This document shows positions 1-10,783 of a DNA stretch of 64,000 nucleotides, piece after piece. This DNA is from a virus (taxonomy: Duplodnaviria; Heunggongvirae; Uroviricota; Caudoviricetes), in the IMG/VR virus record IMGVR_UViG_3300010412_000010, positions 14,463-78,462 of that record. One strand, given 5' to 3'. How positions within the stretch are numbered: the first letter of the stretch is position 1; each line of letters starts with the position of its first letter. The notes under the pieces are model-generated. The model had not been told where the DNA came from. It made no database searches and was given only the letters and a program-made list of their open reading frames with translations. The translations under genes and the position numbers were made by a program.

Positions 1-1
1 G

Positions 2-193
2 CGATGTAAAAACCGGAGCAATACTGAACGCAAACAATACCGCGCTTGCCCGCGCGCGCGAGGCCAAGTCTCGCACAATGAAAGACAAAAAAAGAATTGC
101 TGCACTAGAAGAAACAGTATCCAAAATAAATAATGATATGGGCGAAATGAAAGATTTACTGAAAACAATAGCTAATTCGATAGGCAACAAATA
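2..193 (+). CDS. 3' end of upstream gene (C-terminal fragment, coiled-coil-like)
   Basis: Open frame entering from the window edge, ending at TAA 191-193 immediately before the next ATG. Confidence 0.35.
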
Positions 194-2158
194 ATGGCCA
201 TTATCACACTACCAATTCCACCGCATGTCCTTAAGTCCGAGTCATTCGATTCGTGGCGCATAAAATTCAATGAAATTATTGATGTGCTGAATAGTATCAG
301 TGGTACAATCAATGCCGAAGACATTGTGTTTGATAATGCGGGCACTTCTTTGGTTGGTGCTGATGTTCAGGCGGTAATCGAGGAATTGGATGATAAGACC
401 CAGCCAGCTACGGCGATAGCACATGGTATTGCCAGACCAACTAACATTTTCGATATCATCACATTGCTAACGACTTCTGGTGCTGCACCATCCGATGTAT
501 TTCTTTCATTGGATGACTTTAAGGCATTGATGTTGGGTACCCAAACAGATGTTCCTTTTGATGGGCCTGGATTTGGACAACTCCCAGGAACTCAGGATTA
601 TTATCTTGATACATCTAAGTATGCACAATTTTCTGGCGGACTTGAACTTAGATGGGGCATTGCAACCATCCCAGCTTCGGTTTCAAACTATCAAGTTCCT
701 TTTGAGAATTTTGTTGTAAATACGGAAATCAAACAATTTGGACAAACAGAAAACCAGAATGTTACCAATGGACAAACAGTCATAACACTACAAGAAATGT
801 TTGTCGAAGAGGGCGTCAATGAAGTAACAATTGTTTTTGTTGACACAACAACTCTTACTCCGGTAACAATGTATAAAGACAGGGATTTTGAAATTACAGG
901 GGAAGCAGAACTTACCCTGATTGGCCCATATACTGCCGGATTTCCAGACAGTGGTACTATTGCCGTAACCAGAGCGAACCTGATTGTTCTTTCTGGCCCT
1001 ACGCACATGCAACTTACTCCATTGATTAATGCAAACAATGCCGCCGGTTCCCTTTATTTAAGAAAATACGATATTTTCAGTTTTTATGTTGAAAATACTT
1101 TCCCATATGATGTGGAATGTCTTTGGTATGCCATTGGCGGACAGGGCGCTCCGTCTCTCGGAACAACAGAGTATTACCATCCGGCGATTGGCGACGATTC
1201 AATTTTTCCAACCACTGCGATGAATGCATTGAACTATGTTCGCATGAGATACTATCAGGATGGGCTTTCTGGTGGATACACAGAACATGTGGTAGGTAAA
1301 TCGCTACAGATTGATGGTCAGCATAAGCTGAGACTAAAATATAACGGTGTTGGTATTAGGGAAAACGAAAGTACGGCTATTGCTGGGGTCAACCCATTAG
1401 TTTCCATGCCAACAATAACAAGCCTTTCTGGGACAACCAATGATGTGTATTATGATGATGGTGTTGTTTCGCCGTATAGATTGAATGAAGGTAGTGATTA
1501 TGAAATCGTGTCTTCTACTGATATTCAGTTTACTGGAACATATGCCGGTACAATTGATGTATATACCTACTGGGTTGAGTTTTTGCCTGGTGGTATTGTA
1601 GACACAGAGGTTATTGCGGTTCTTGCGGCAGACACCTTTGTAACAACTACAACCCTTATATTTGAAGATTCAAATGTATTGGTTGTTACATACGACGATG
1701 GTATTCCTGTCGAATTGGTAGAGAATGTTGACTATACAAAAGATGAACTAACACAGACCATTACTCTTACTGCCGCTGCTTTTGGTGCAACTGGCCAGTT
1801 TCCCAACAACGGAAATGTGACTGTAGAACAACGAGCGGGCGATAATGGTGCTGGTGTCGTGGAGCTTTTGTTTGGTAAAGAAAAGCAACAAGAATATGAT
1901 GTTACTTCTGGACAAACGGCAATTACTGTATACGCATATCCTTTGGCACCGGAACCATACAACATGTCTTATGGCCTTACCGATATCATAGAATTTACCT
2001 ACTATGATAGAGCGGATAATGGTGCTGCTATTAAGTTTGTCGAAGGTGTGGATTTCCAAAGAGAATTGACTGGCGATACCCTAACACTGATAGGAGCATA
2101 TTCTGGCGGATTCCCATCCAACGGAAAAGCAAATATCAAAATAATTAGAATAGAATAA
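194..2158 (+). CDS. virion structural protein (baseplate/tail-fibre region)
   Basis: 654-aa ORF in a co-directional late structural block upstream of the neck genes; rich in Thr/Gly/Val with beta-like repeats; no specific family recognised. Confidence 0.45.
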   Translation: MAIITLPIPPHVLKSESFDSWRIKFNEIIDVLNSISGTINAEDIVFDNAGTSLVGADVQAVIEELDDKTQPATAIAHGIARPTNIFDIITLLTTSGAAPSDVFLSLDDFKALMLGTQTDVPFDGPGFGQLPGTQDYYLDTSKYAQFSGGLELRWGIATIPASVSNYQVPFENFVVNTEIKQFGQTENQNVTNGQTVITLQEMFVEEGVNEVTIVFVDTTTLTPVTMYKDRDFEITGEAELTLIGPYTAGFPDSGTIAVTRANLIVLSGPTHMQLTPLINANNAAGSLYLRKYDIFSFYVENTFPYDVECLWYAIGGQGAPSLGTTEYYHPAIGDDSIFPTTAMNALNYVRMRYYQDGLSGGYTEHVVGKSLQIDGQHKLRLKYNGVGIRENESTAIAGVNPLVSMPTITSLSGTTNDVYYDDGVVSPYRLNEGSDYEIVSSTDIQFTGTYAGTIDVYTYWVEFLPGGIVDTEVIAVLAADTFVTTTTLIFEDSNVLVVTYDDGIPVELVENVDYTKDELTQTITLTAAAFGATGQFPNNGNVTVEQRAGDNGAGVVELLFGKEKQQEYDVTSGQTAITVYAYPLAPEPYNMSYGLTDIIEFTYYDRADNGAAIKFVEGVDFQRELTGDTLTLIGAYSGGFPSNGKANIKIIRIE

Positions 2159-2166
2159 GGTGCCAT

Positions 2167-2724
2167 ATGTTTTATATTTCATACAACCAGACAACCGGAA
2201 AAATTGAAGGTATCCTTCCAAAGTCGGCAACCAAAAATGGAATAAAACCAAAAAAACCATTTGTTGTTGTTGATTCTGATTTTGCTGCGGAAATCAAATC
2301 CGACATACAATCATATCTGGTTGTTAGTGGTGCGGTTGTTTATGTTCCGGTTGTCCAGAGCCTAGAAAGCATAAAGGCGAGAAAAAAAGCCGAAATAAAT
2401 TCGATGGCTGATAACATCATGAATTCCATACTACTGCAATATCCTCGTTCGGAAGTTTTTTCTTGGGACAAACAAGAAGCAGAAGCAATTGCTTGGCAAA
2501 GCGACAATTTAGCCAGCACCCCATTAATTGACCAAATTTCAACAGAACGAAATATCGACAAAACATTGTTGATAACAAAAATTCTGGAAAAGGCTCTTAT
2601 GTTCAAACAGTTTTCTGGGTGCATTTTTGGCCAGCGACAAAAACTAGAAGACTTGGTTGATGCGGCGGCGACTGTGGCGGAAGTGGATGCGATTTCGGTG
2701 GTGATTATTCCGCCAGCCCCTTGA
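2167..2724 (+). CDS. hypothetical protein (structural module)
   Basis: 185-aa ORF tightly packed after the previous gene. Confidence 0.4.
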   Translation: MFYISYNQTTGKIEGILPKSATKNGIKPKKPFVVVDSDFAAEIKSDIQSYLVVSGAVVYVPVVQSLESIKARKKAEINSMADNIMNSILLQYPRSEVFSWDKQEAEAIAWQSDNLASTPLIDQISTERNIDKTLLITKILEKALMFKQFSGCIFGQRQKLEDLVDAAATVAEVDAISVVIIPPAP

Positions 2725-2784
2725 TATGTTTGGGATGAGTTTGTCATAAATAGTTACAAACCATTTTAACAATCAAGGACTGTC

Positions 2785-3099
2785 ATGGTAGACGAAAAAA
2801 CAAAAAAACCGAAACAGGAAGTTCAGCCATCATCGCCAACCGTAAGTAGTGTTGTGCGAGAATTGAGGCTGGATGCTATATGGAATTCTGTGTTACTGAT
2901 TACCATCATAACGCTCCTAATCACGACCAGAGAAGAACTGTCCGCCATGATGACGAAAATGGAGTCATGGGACAAAACGATTCAGAAAATTGAAGCGCGG
3001 TTGCAGGGGATGTCTACCGACATGACAGATTTGCAAGTTCGCGTAAAAATATTGGAAGAAAAAGAGCGAACACACGACAAAAAGAACGGTAATGAATAA
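2785..3099 (+). CDS. hypothetical small protein with one predicted TM helix
   Basis: 104 aa; hydrophobic stretch ILLITIITLLITT; stop overlaps the next start (TAATG). Confidence 0.35.
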   Translation: MVDEKTKKPKQEVQPSSPTVSSVVRELRLDAIWNSVLLITIITLLITTREELSAMMTKMESWDKTIQKIEARLQGMSTDMTDLQVRVKILEEKERTHDKKNGNE

Positions 3100-3818
3100 T
3101 GGCACGAACCAAAAATATTTTTATTGACCAAGGCGCTTCATTCGAAGAGTCTTATATTGCCTATGATAAACTCGACCAAGTAATCGACTTGACTGACTAT
3201 AATATTCGTGCGCAAATGAAGAAAACCTTCATTGCATATCGCGCCATTGATTTTGTAATAGAAGTTGTCGATGCTGTCAATGGACATTTCAAAATAAAGA
3301 TGCTGCCAGAAACATCCGATGTGCTTCGTGGTGGCAGATATCTGTATGATATCGAGCTTGAGCACGGCGTAACCGGCGATGTCATTCGTGTTTACGAAGG
3401 TCTTGCTGTACTCAATCCACAAATCACCGGCGCAAATCCTTTTGCAACGGTTGATGGATTGAATCTACTAGACACGGGGACGCTACACTCTCATGATAAT
3501 TTGGACAGCCTGAATTCCGTATTTGCCAAACCTTGGACGGCTGTTTCTAGCGATTATGCGATGGAAAACGGTGACCGGATTTTTGCGGATACAAGTGCTG
3601 GTATCATCGAACTAACCCTTCCGGCATCACCAGAAATTGGACACACAGTAGAAATTGTTGATATGAAGGGAACATTCGCAACAAACAAGGTAATTTTGAA
3701 AGGCGGTGCGGAAAACATTTCCGGTCAACCACTAGATGTTGATGTTGATGACTCAAACATTAATTTTAGAGCCGTGTATACGGGCGATGTTGCTATCGGC
3801 TGGAAACTATTGTTCTAA
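3099..3818 (+). CDS. hypothetical structural protein
   Basis: 239-aa ORF translationally coupled to its neighbours. Confidence 0.4.
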   Translation: MARTKNIFIDQGASFEESYIAYDKLDQVIDLTDYNIRAQMKKTFIAYRAIDFVIEVVDAVNGHFKIKMLPETSDVLRGGRYLYDIELEHGVTGDVIRVYEGLAVLNPQITGANPFATVDGLNLLDTGTLHSHDNLDSLNSVFAKPWTAVSSDYAMENGDRIFADTSAGIIELTLPASPEIGHTVEIVDMKGTFATNKVILKGGAENISGQPLDVDVDDSNINFRAVYTGDVAIGWKLLF

Positions 3819-3831
3819 TTGGTGAATACAC

Positions 3832-6800
3832 ATGCCTAGCATAAAAGATTTTATTCCAGATATCATGCGGGACGACCAGCGAGCGCTGGAAGTTCCTTAT
3901 GATGGTGGTGCGAGTGGCATTCCTGCTAGCAATGTACAGTCTGCCATTGACAGTTTGGATTCTCGCGTCGACAGTGCTGAGGGTGTATCACATACCCACA
4001 CCAACAAGGCTATCCTTGATGTAATTACGGCTGCTTTCACCACAACAGAAAAAACAAAACTGGCCGGAATCGAATCTGGCGCTACCGCCGACCAAAACGC
4101 AAGTGAGGTTCCATATAACAATACCACATCTGGGTTGGCCGCTACACAAGTTCAGGCAGCTATTGATGAGGTAGAAGATAGAGTTGGTGTGATAGATAGT
4201 ACCATCACATCCCAATCGTCTGCTATTTCCATCTTGCAGGCTGATGTGATTTCTCACGAATCCAGACTAGATACACACGACATTTCAATTGGCTTGCACA
4301 CATCGCAAATTACCAATCTACAAGTCGCCTCTCATACCCATTCCAACAAAGCCATTCTTGATGGTATAACCAGTGTTGGTTCTGGACAAATTATTACCGC
4401 AACCGAAAGAAGTGGTCTGCATACTCATTCCAACAAAGCCATTCTTGATGGTATAACCAGTGTTGGTTCTGGTGCGATTATTACGGTTGCGGAAAGAAAT
4501 AAACTCGCTGCTATTTCTGGAATAAACACCGGAAACCAAACTGCCACACAGGTTCCGTACAGCAATATTACATCTGGATTGGCTGCAACAAATGTTCAGG
4601 CTGCGATTGATGAAATCGACACAACACTTGATACTTTGTCGTCATCGTCGCATGGCCACACAAACAAACCAGTTCTTGATGGCATAACCAATGCCGGTTC
4701 TGGTGCGATTATTACGGTTGCCGAACGAAGTAAGCTTGCTGGTGTAGAAGTTGGCGCTACCGCCGACCAAAATGCAAGCGAGGTTCCTTACAGCAATGTT
4801 GGTTCCGGATTGGTTGCTGTCGATGTCCAAGCCGCCATTGATGAAGTGGAAGGTCGTGTTGATGCCTTGGAATCATCGTCGCATGACCACTCCAACAAAG
4901 TCATTCTTGATGGTATAACCAGTGTTGGTTCTGGTGCAATTATTACGGTTGCGGAAAGAAATCAACTATCTTCGGCAGAACAGACCACAAACAAAGGTGT
5001 TGTTGGTGGGTATGCTTCTCTTGATGGTTCCGGCACTGTTCCGCTTTCTCAGCTTCCCGATGCGGTAAAAAACGGTGATTATAAAGGTGCGTGGAACGCT
5101 TCAACCAATACACCAATACTAGCCGATGGTATTGGTTCTAATGGTGATAACTACAAGGTGTCTGTTGGTGGTACACAGGACTTTGGTTCTGGGCCAATTA
5201 CATTTGCTGCTGGACAGTCTGTTGTGTACAACGGAACATCGTCCTCGTGGGAAAAAATCGGAACGGATGATGCCGTGAATTCAGTAAACGGACAAATCGG
5301 CGCAGTTGTTCTTGATTCGGATGATATTGATGATTCGGCATCCACGACAAATAAATGGATGACACCAACAGAAAAAACAAAACTGGCTGGCATCGAAGAT
5401 GGTGCGGAAGTAAATCCAACCGCGTCCGAAATAAAGACTCTCTATGAGTCAAACGCGAACACAAATGAATTCACGGATTCCGAAAAAACAAAACTTGCTG
5501 GTATAGAAGTTGGTGCTACCGCCGACCAAAATGCAAGTGAGGTTCCTTACAGCAACACCACATCTGGACTAACTGCTACACAAGTACAAGCTGCTATTGA
5601 TGAAGTGGATGGTCGTGTTGATGCACTAGAAACATCATCACATACCCATTCCAACAAGGCCATTCTTGATGGTATAACCAGTGTTGGTTCTGGTGCGATT
5701 ATTACGGCTGCGGAAAGAAGTAAGTTGGCCGGTATCGAATCTGGTGCTACTGCTGACCAAAATGCAAGCGAAGTGCCGTATGACAATGTTGGTTCTGGTT
5801 TGGTGGCGACACAAGTACAAGCTGCTATTGATGAAGTGGATGGTCGTGTTGATGCACTAGAAGCATCATCACACACCCACTCTAACAAAGCAATTCTTGA
5901 TGGTATAACCAGTGTTGGTTCTGGACAAATTATTACCGCAACCGAGCGGTCTAATTTACACACCCACTCTAACAAAGCAATTCTTGATGGTATAACCAGT
6001 GTTGGTTCTGGTGCGATTATTACGGCTGCGGAAAGAAGTGGGTTGCACACCCATTCCAACAAAGCAGTTCTTGATGGTATAACCAGTGTTGGTTCTGGTG
6101 CGATTATTACGGTTGCGGAAAGAAGCGGTCTGCATACTCATGGCAACAAGCCGGTTCTCGATTTAATTACGGACGCTGGGTCTGGCGTGATAATGTCATC
6201 GACAGAAAGAACGAAACTTGGTGGTATTTCTGCTGGTGCAACCGTTGGTGCAACATGGGATGTCAATATTTCCGGACAACCGTCAATCATATCGCAAGCA
6301 GAGGCAGAGGGCGGCGCTGCAACAACTCAACGAATTTGGACTGCGCTGAGAATAGCACAGGCCATTGCCGCATTGACAAGAATCCGAAGTCATGTGTCTA
6401 GGGCAACCGGAAGTATTCCGATTACCACAACAACTGTTATTTCTTATACCGGAGTGGAAATCCCAGACACATCCATCATAACAGTAAGCGGAAGTAATGA
6501 ATTTACTTGTGTGAAATCTGGGAGATATGAATTACATGCGGTATCCAACGGTCAAATGGATTACGCAATTTTTTCGCTAGAAGGCTCACTCGAAACATAC
6601 ATTGAGCGCAGTGATGGTGGTGCATATAGCAGGATAAATAGGTCTACTGGGACTGGTTCTGCCAATAGGGGACAATCCGCATCCGGAGGAAGAAACATTG
6701 GTATGCACTCTTATGTCATCGAAACAGACTGTGTTGCGGCAACCACAAAATTTAGGGTTGTTTGTGACAGACCGTCCGGCAACAACGGAACTTTGTTTGG

Positions 6801-6843
6801 CGCTCAGTGTTCATTTACTATTAAATATTTGGGACCATCATAA
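3832..6843 (+). CDS. tail-fibre-like protein with ~10 internal ~30-aa tandem repeats
   Basis: 1003 aa; repeated motif SHTHSNKAILDGITSVGSGAIITAAERSKLAG...QVQAAIDEVDGRVDALE recurs about 10 times; Gly/Ser-rich C-terminal domain. Confidence 0.55.
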   Translation: MPSIKDFIPDIMRDDQRALEVPYDGGASGIPASNVQSAIDSLDSRVDSAEGVSHTHTNKAILDVITAAFTTTEKTKLAGIESGATADQNASEVPYNNTTSGLAATQVQAAIDEVEDRVGVIDSTITSQSSAISILQADVISHESRLDTHDISIGLHTSQITNLQVASHTHSNKAILDGITSVGSGQIITATERSGLHTHSNKAILDGITSVGSGAIITVAERNKLAAISGINTGNQTATQVPYSNITSGLAATNVQAAIDEIDTTLDTLSSSSHGHTNKPVLDGITNAGSGAIITVAERSKLAGVEVGATADQNASEVPYSNVGSGLVAVDVQAAIDEVEGRVDALESSSHDHSNKVILDGITSVGSGAIITVAERNQLSSAEQTTNKGVVGGYASLDGSGTVPLSQLPDAVKNGDYKGAWNASTNTPILADGIGSNGDNYKVSVGGTQDFGSGPITFAAGQSVVYNGTSSSWEKIGTDDAVNSVNGQIGAVVLDSDDIDDSASTTNKWMTPTEKTKLAGIEDGAEVNPTASEIKTLYESNANTNEFTDSEKTKLAGIEVGATADQNASEVPYSNTTSGLTATQVQAAIDEVDGRVDALETSSHTHSNKAILDGITSVGSGAIITAAERSKLAGIESGATADQNASEVPYDNVGSGLVATQVQAAIDEVDGRVDALEASSHTHSNKAILDGITSVGSGQIITATERSNLHTHSNKAILDGITSVGSGAIITAAERSGLHTHSNKAVLDGITSVGSGAIITVAERSGLHTHGNKPVLDLITDAGSGVIMSSTERTKLGGISAGATVGATWDVNISGQPSIISQAEAEGGAATTQRIWTALRIAQAIAALTRIRSHVSRATGSIPITTTTVISYTGVEIPDTSIITVSGSNEFTCVKSGRYELHAVSNGQMDYAIFSLEGSLETYIERSDGGAYSRINRSTGTGSANRGQSASGGRNIGMHSYVIETDCVAATTKFRVVCDRPSGNNGTLFGAQCSFTIKYLGPS
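4260..6200 (+). repeat. intragenic tandem repeat array (about 10 copies of a ~90-bp / 30-aa unit) inside the tail-fibre gene
   Basis: Recurring DNA block cat acc cat tcc aac aaa gcc att ctt gat ggt ata acc agt gtt ggt tct gg... Confidence 0.8.
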
Positions 6844-7388
6844 TGGCTACATTGGGTCAAATTATTTCACAAAATCCAAACAAACTATTGACTGTTGTTC
6901 GTGGTGACAGCGAATATAAAATCAATCGCATTGTTGGCAACATCGTCTATATGTATGGCGGCCAGCAATTTGACGCGTCCGAATTTTCTGACTGGAATAT
7001 AAAACCAGAACAACAAGCGATGCCAGGAATTTTCCAAGTCCAGTTGGGCGGAAGTGTTATTCAATCGCAGTCGTTTATTGTCATAACAGGGACAACGATG
7101 CAACTGCCTGTCGGTGATTGGGAAATTATTGCTTCTGCAACAATAAACGGAGATAGCCAATCACAGGAGGCTGTGATATCCATTTTCGATGGAAATACGG
7201 ATATCCCACTCAGCAATAGAATATTTTCTTGGCCACAAAACAGAACTTCCACTGGAACATCCGTGCAATTGCACACTATGGCTATTATTTCGTCTGATGG
7301 CAATGTGGAGATATCGCTACGAGCAAAAACATCCGTTGGGGTATTGTCTTTTGTGTCTGGTGTTTTTGTTGTTAGGAGAATACGATGA
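6843..7388 (+). CDS. hypothetical structural protein
   Basis: 181 aa, start overlaps the previous stop (ATAATG). Confidence 0.4.
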   Translation: MATLGQIISQNPNKLLTVVRGDSEYKINRIVGNIVYMYGGQQFDASEFSDWNIKPEQQAMPGIFQVQLGGSVIQSQSFIVITGTTMQLPVGDWEIIASATINGDSQSQEAVISIFDGNTDIPLSNRIFSWPQNRTSTGTSVQLHTMAIISSDGNVEISLRAKTSVGVLSFVSGVFVVRRIR

Positions 7389-8044
7389 GATTGTGCGCAT
7401 ATAAGATTTCTGATAAACCAATTACAGAAATTTCATACAACAATGACCAATTAGCAGGAAGTCCAAAATTTATTGTTGTTGGTACCGGCGACCAAGTTCC
7501 TGTCGGCTATAAAGATGTGTCTAGCATCACAAATTGGCACAAATTCGGAACAACCGCCGGAAAAGATTACAAAGTGATTAGGAAAGAAATTACTATATTG
7601 GCTTCGACGATAGGATGGACAAATCTTTCCGTTGCTGAAAAAAAATTAGCTGCTGAATATTTTGCGGTATCACAAGACAAGCAACTACAAGTGATACCAC
7701 AACAAGAAATACTTCACTATGGGCTGAGGTTTCACCAAAATTCTTCAAAAGCCAGAAAAGCCAGAATGCAATATGTGGAAGCAATTATGTATGCTTTTCT
7801 TGGGGTACAACAAGCATTCATGATTATCAGCGATGTAAAAGACATATCGGAAGCATATGTGAATTATGGTGTTGAGGGTGTTGTGTCTGGTGATGTTGTT
7901 GGATTGTTTGACTATATAGTTAGTACACCAAATACACCGTTTGATAACGATGGGTTTATGCAAAAAGGACTCGTTTCATCTATACCAATCGCAACCATTC
8001 GCGACATGGTTATGGATGTTCTTGTTAATGGTAACTACAAATGA
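7385..8044 (+). CDS. hypothetical structural protein
   Basis: 219 aa, overlapping start/stop coupling. Confidence 0.4.
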   Translation: MRLCAYKISDKPITEISYNNDQLAGSPKFIVVGTGDQVPVGYKDVSSITNWHKFGTTAGKDYKVIRKEITILASTIGWTNLSVAEKKLAAEYFAVSQDKQLQVIPQQEILHYGLRFHQNSSKARKARMQYVEAIMYAFLGVQQAFMIISDVKDISEAYVNYGVEGVVSGDVVGLFDYIVSTPNTPFDNDGFMQKGLVSSIPIATIRDMVMDVLVNGNYK

Positions 8045-8796
8045 CAACTCCATCTGTCTACAGAGAAAATTTTAAGCAATATTGTCTTCGCAAGCTTGGT
8101 GCGCCAGTCATTGAAATCAATGTCGAGGATGTCCAGGTAGAAGACCGCATTGATGACGCATTACTGCTATATGCAGAACACCACTTCGAGGGCACAGAAA
8201 AGGTGTTCATGAAGCATGTTGTCACGCAACAAGACATAAATCGTGGATATATCGTATTACCGGAAACTGTGCAAAGCGTCGTTCGGTTACTACCGTTTAA
8301 TACGACTGGATATTATTCCGACCCATTATTCAATGCCCGATATCAGTTCATGCTGGACGAGGTGTTTGAAATCACCAATGTTGGCACTGCGCTACAAGAT
8401 TGGTATATCGCAAACCAACACATCGACTTGTTTAATTATTTCTTCGACAGAACACCCGTCATTTCTTTCAACAAACACATGAACAGACTGAAAATTGAAA
8501 TGAACTGGGAAGAATTTTGCGCAGATAAAAGTGTGGTTATTATGGAAGCATACCAGTTGGTTGATGTCGAACAACATCCGGATGTTTGGTCTGACCGATG
8601 GCTAAAAGAATATGCAACCGCTCTCATTAAAAAACAATGGGGCATTAATATGAAAAAATTCAACAATGTTTCTTTGCCAGGTGGCATCACGATGAACGGC
8701 AAAGAAATATATGACGAGGCCATAGAAGAAATTCGATTGCTGGAAGAAGAATTGTTGACCGGACACTCGGCACCAATTGAATTCTTTAAGGGGTAA
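8041..8796 (+). CDS. neck protein (gp13-like, by synteny)
   Basis: Sits two genes upstream of gp15 in the conserved T4 order gp13-gp14-gp15-gp16-gp17. Confidence 0.4.
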   Translation: MTTPSVYRENFKQYCLRKLGAPVIEINVEDVQVEDRIDDALLLYAEHHFEGTEKVFMKHVVTQQDINRGYIVLPETVQSVVRLLPFNTTGYYSDPLFNARYQFMLDEVFEITNVGTALQDWYIANQHIDLFNYFFDRTPVISFNKHMNRLKIEMNWEEFCADKSVVIMEAYQLVDVEQHPDVWSDRWLKEYATALIKKQWGINMKKFNNVSLPGGITMNGKEIYDEAIEEIRLLEEELLTGHSAPIEFFKG

Positions 8797-8799
8797 AAT

Positions 8800-9426
8800 A
8801 TGGCGACCAACCCGTGGACTGGATTTCACTCGGCATCACCAGAACAAAACATGTTGATGGACTTAACCATTGAAACAATCAAGTTCAATGGTATGGATAT
8901 ATTGTACTCACACCGTGAGGTTGTGAATCTGGACTCGTTTTATAACGAAGACATTGAGTCTCAATTCAACGACGCCAAAACAATTGAAATGTTAATTGAG
9001 TCTGTTGATGGATTTGAGGGAGACGCAGATTTCTTGTCTCGATTTGGACTATCAATCAAAGACAAGGCAACTTTTGTTGTTGCGCGGCGTCGATTTGCTG
9101 AGGTTTTTCCAAATTTGGAAAGGCCGAGGGAGGGTGATTTGATTTGGCTTCCCATGTCAAAAGGGTTGTTGGAGATTACTCATGTGGAGGACGAAAGTCC
9201 GTTTTATCCTCTTGGTTCATTGACCGTGTTTAAGCTATCTTGTGAAATGTTCAAATATAGCCAAGAGGTATTGGATACTGGATATCCGGAAATCGACTCG
9301 GTTGAAGATATTTTTGAAAATGCGGATGATAGTTCGAAAGACCCGTTCGCCCGAAATGACATTATCGAGCAAGAAGCAAGTAATATTGTCGACTTCACCG
9401 AAGACAACCCATTTGGTAATCTATGA
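8800..9426 (+). CDS. neck protein (gp14-like, by synteny)
   Basis: Immediately upstream of gp15. Confidence 0.4.
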   Translation: MATNPWTGFHSASPEQNMLMDLTIETIKFNGMDILYSHREVVNLDSFYNEDIESQFNDAKTIEMLIESVDGFEGDADFLSRFGLSIKDKATFVVARRRFAEVFPNLERPREGDLIWLPMSKGLLEITHVEDESPFYPLGSLTVFKLSCEMFKYSQEVLDTGYPEIDSVEDIFENADDSSKDPFARNDIIEQEASNIVDFTEDNPFGNL

Positions 9427-10460
9427 TGATTGGGCCGTATTTCTATCACGAAATAACAAGAAAAATATCAATAGCGTTTGGTTCGCTGTTTAATGATATT
9501 TCCATCCAACGACTAGATAACAACGGTGTTGTCGTAGATACCATTGAGGTTCCATTGTCATATGGGCCACACCAAGCATATTTGACCAGATTGCAACAAG
9601 ACAAATCATTGCTTGGTGTTGACACTGGAATTCAAATGGTGCTACCGAGGATTGCGTATGATTTGATTGGTATTACATACGACTCTTCAAGAAAACTACA
9701 ATCCGGCATTAAGCTTCGAAACTGCTCAGACCCATCTAGTTCGGCATATTCATATAACAGAGTTCCTTTTATTTGGGATTTTGATTTGGCAATCATGACA
9801 AAAAACATGGACGACATGTTGCAGATTGCAGAACAAATCCTACCATTTTTTACCCCAACATTGACGGTAACAATAAAGGATTTGGAAGAACTTGGTGTCG
9901 CAACCGATATCAAAATTGAATTGACTGGCGTAACATTAGAAGACACATACGAGTCTGCGTTTGATGATTTGCGCGCATTGACTTGGGTGTTGAGTTTTGC
10001 GGTCAAAGGTTATTTGTATCCAGCAGTATCAAATTCTGGCGGAATCATCGAAACATCCATTGCCAATATTATCGCCGAATCAACCGCCGTCGGTACTGGT
10101 GGAATATCAACAATTACATGTCTATCACAACCACCAATCGGCGCGGTTTATACCAAGACGGATATCACACCAACAGAACAAGTCGTGGTTGATTCGTTTA
10201 GTGTATCCGAAGTAAAGAATGCAAAATATTTTGTTACTGTGCAAGAAAGTGATAATACCGATGTGCAGTCATATGAACTGATTGCTTCACACAGCAACGG
10301 AATTTTGCCGGTTTTTAATAAATACTCGGTGGTTGGTGATTCGATTTCTCATACCATAACGGTTGATATTGTGGATGGTGTGTTTAGGGTATTGATAACA
10401 AACAACGAATTACACCGAATAACGGTACGAACTACGAAAATAGAAACGGTGGTGGCATAA
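9423..10460 (+). CDS. 15: tail sheath stabiliser/completion protein gp15
   Basis: Similar to T4 gp15: FYHEITRKISIAFGSLFNDI / QIAEQILPFFTPTLT resemble T4 FYNSSFRRYATLMGDLFSNI / QIVEQILPYFQPHFN. Confidence 0.7.
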   Translation: MMIGPYFYHEITRKISIAFGSLFNDISIQRLDNNGVVVDTIEVPLSYGPHQAYLTRLQQDKSLLGVDTGIQMVLPRIAYDLIGITYDSSRKLQSGIKLRNCSDPSSSAYSYNRVPFIWDFDLAIMTKNMDDMLQIAEQILPFFTPTLTVTIKDLEELGVATDIKIELTGVTLEDTYESAFDDLRALTWVLSFAVKGYLYPAVSNSGGIIETSIANIIAESTAVGTGGISTITCLSQPPIGAVYTKTDITPTEQVVVDSFSVSEVKNAKYFVTVQESDNTDVQSYELIASHSNGILPVFNKYSVVGDSISHTITVDIVDGVFRVLITNNELHRITVRTTKIETVVA

Positions 10461-10783
10461 TGGCTCAGATAACAGACATAGTATTGGCCGGAACATCGAA
10501 AGTTGTTCTATCCATATCCATTGCGGATTTTAGGGCAATCCAATATCTGGTAACCGTTTCTAACCAGACAGCCGGAACATCCGGTGTATATGAATTCACC
10601 ATTGCCCACAAAAATCCATCTTCGCCAACCGTTTTTTCTGAACAGGGTGCTGTTGTTGGTGATGTGGTTTCGCATGTCATTTCCGCAGAACTGGATTTGA
10701 CTAACAATGTGGAGGTTTCTGTTAATAATACCGAAGCCGATGATGTCACTGTTGATATGGTGGAACTTGCTAGGATAGAATAA
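10460..10783 (+). CDS. hypothetical protein
   Basis: 107-aa ORF between gp15 and gp16. Confidence 0.35.
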   Translation: MAQITDIVLAGTSKVVLSISIADFRAIQYLVTVSNQTAGTSGVYEFTIAHKNPSSPTVFSEQGAVVGDVVSHVISAELDLTNNVEVSVNNTEADDVTVDMVELARIE

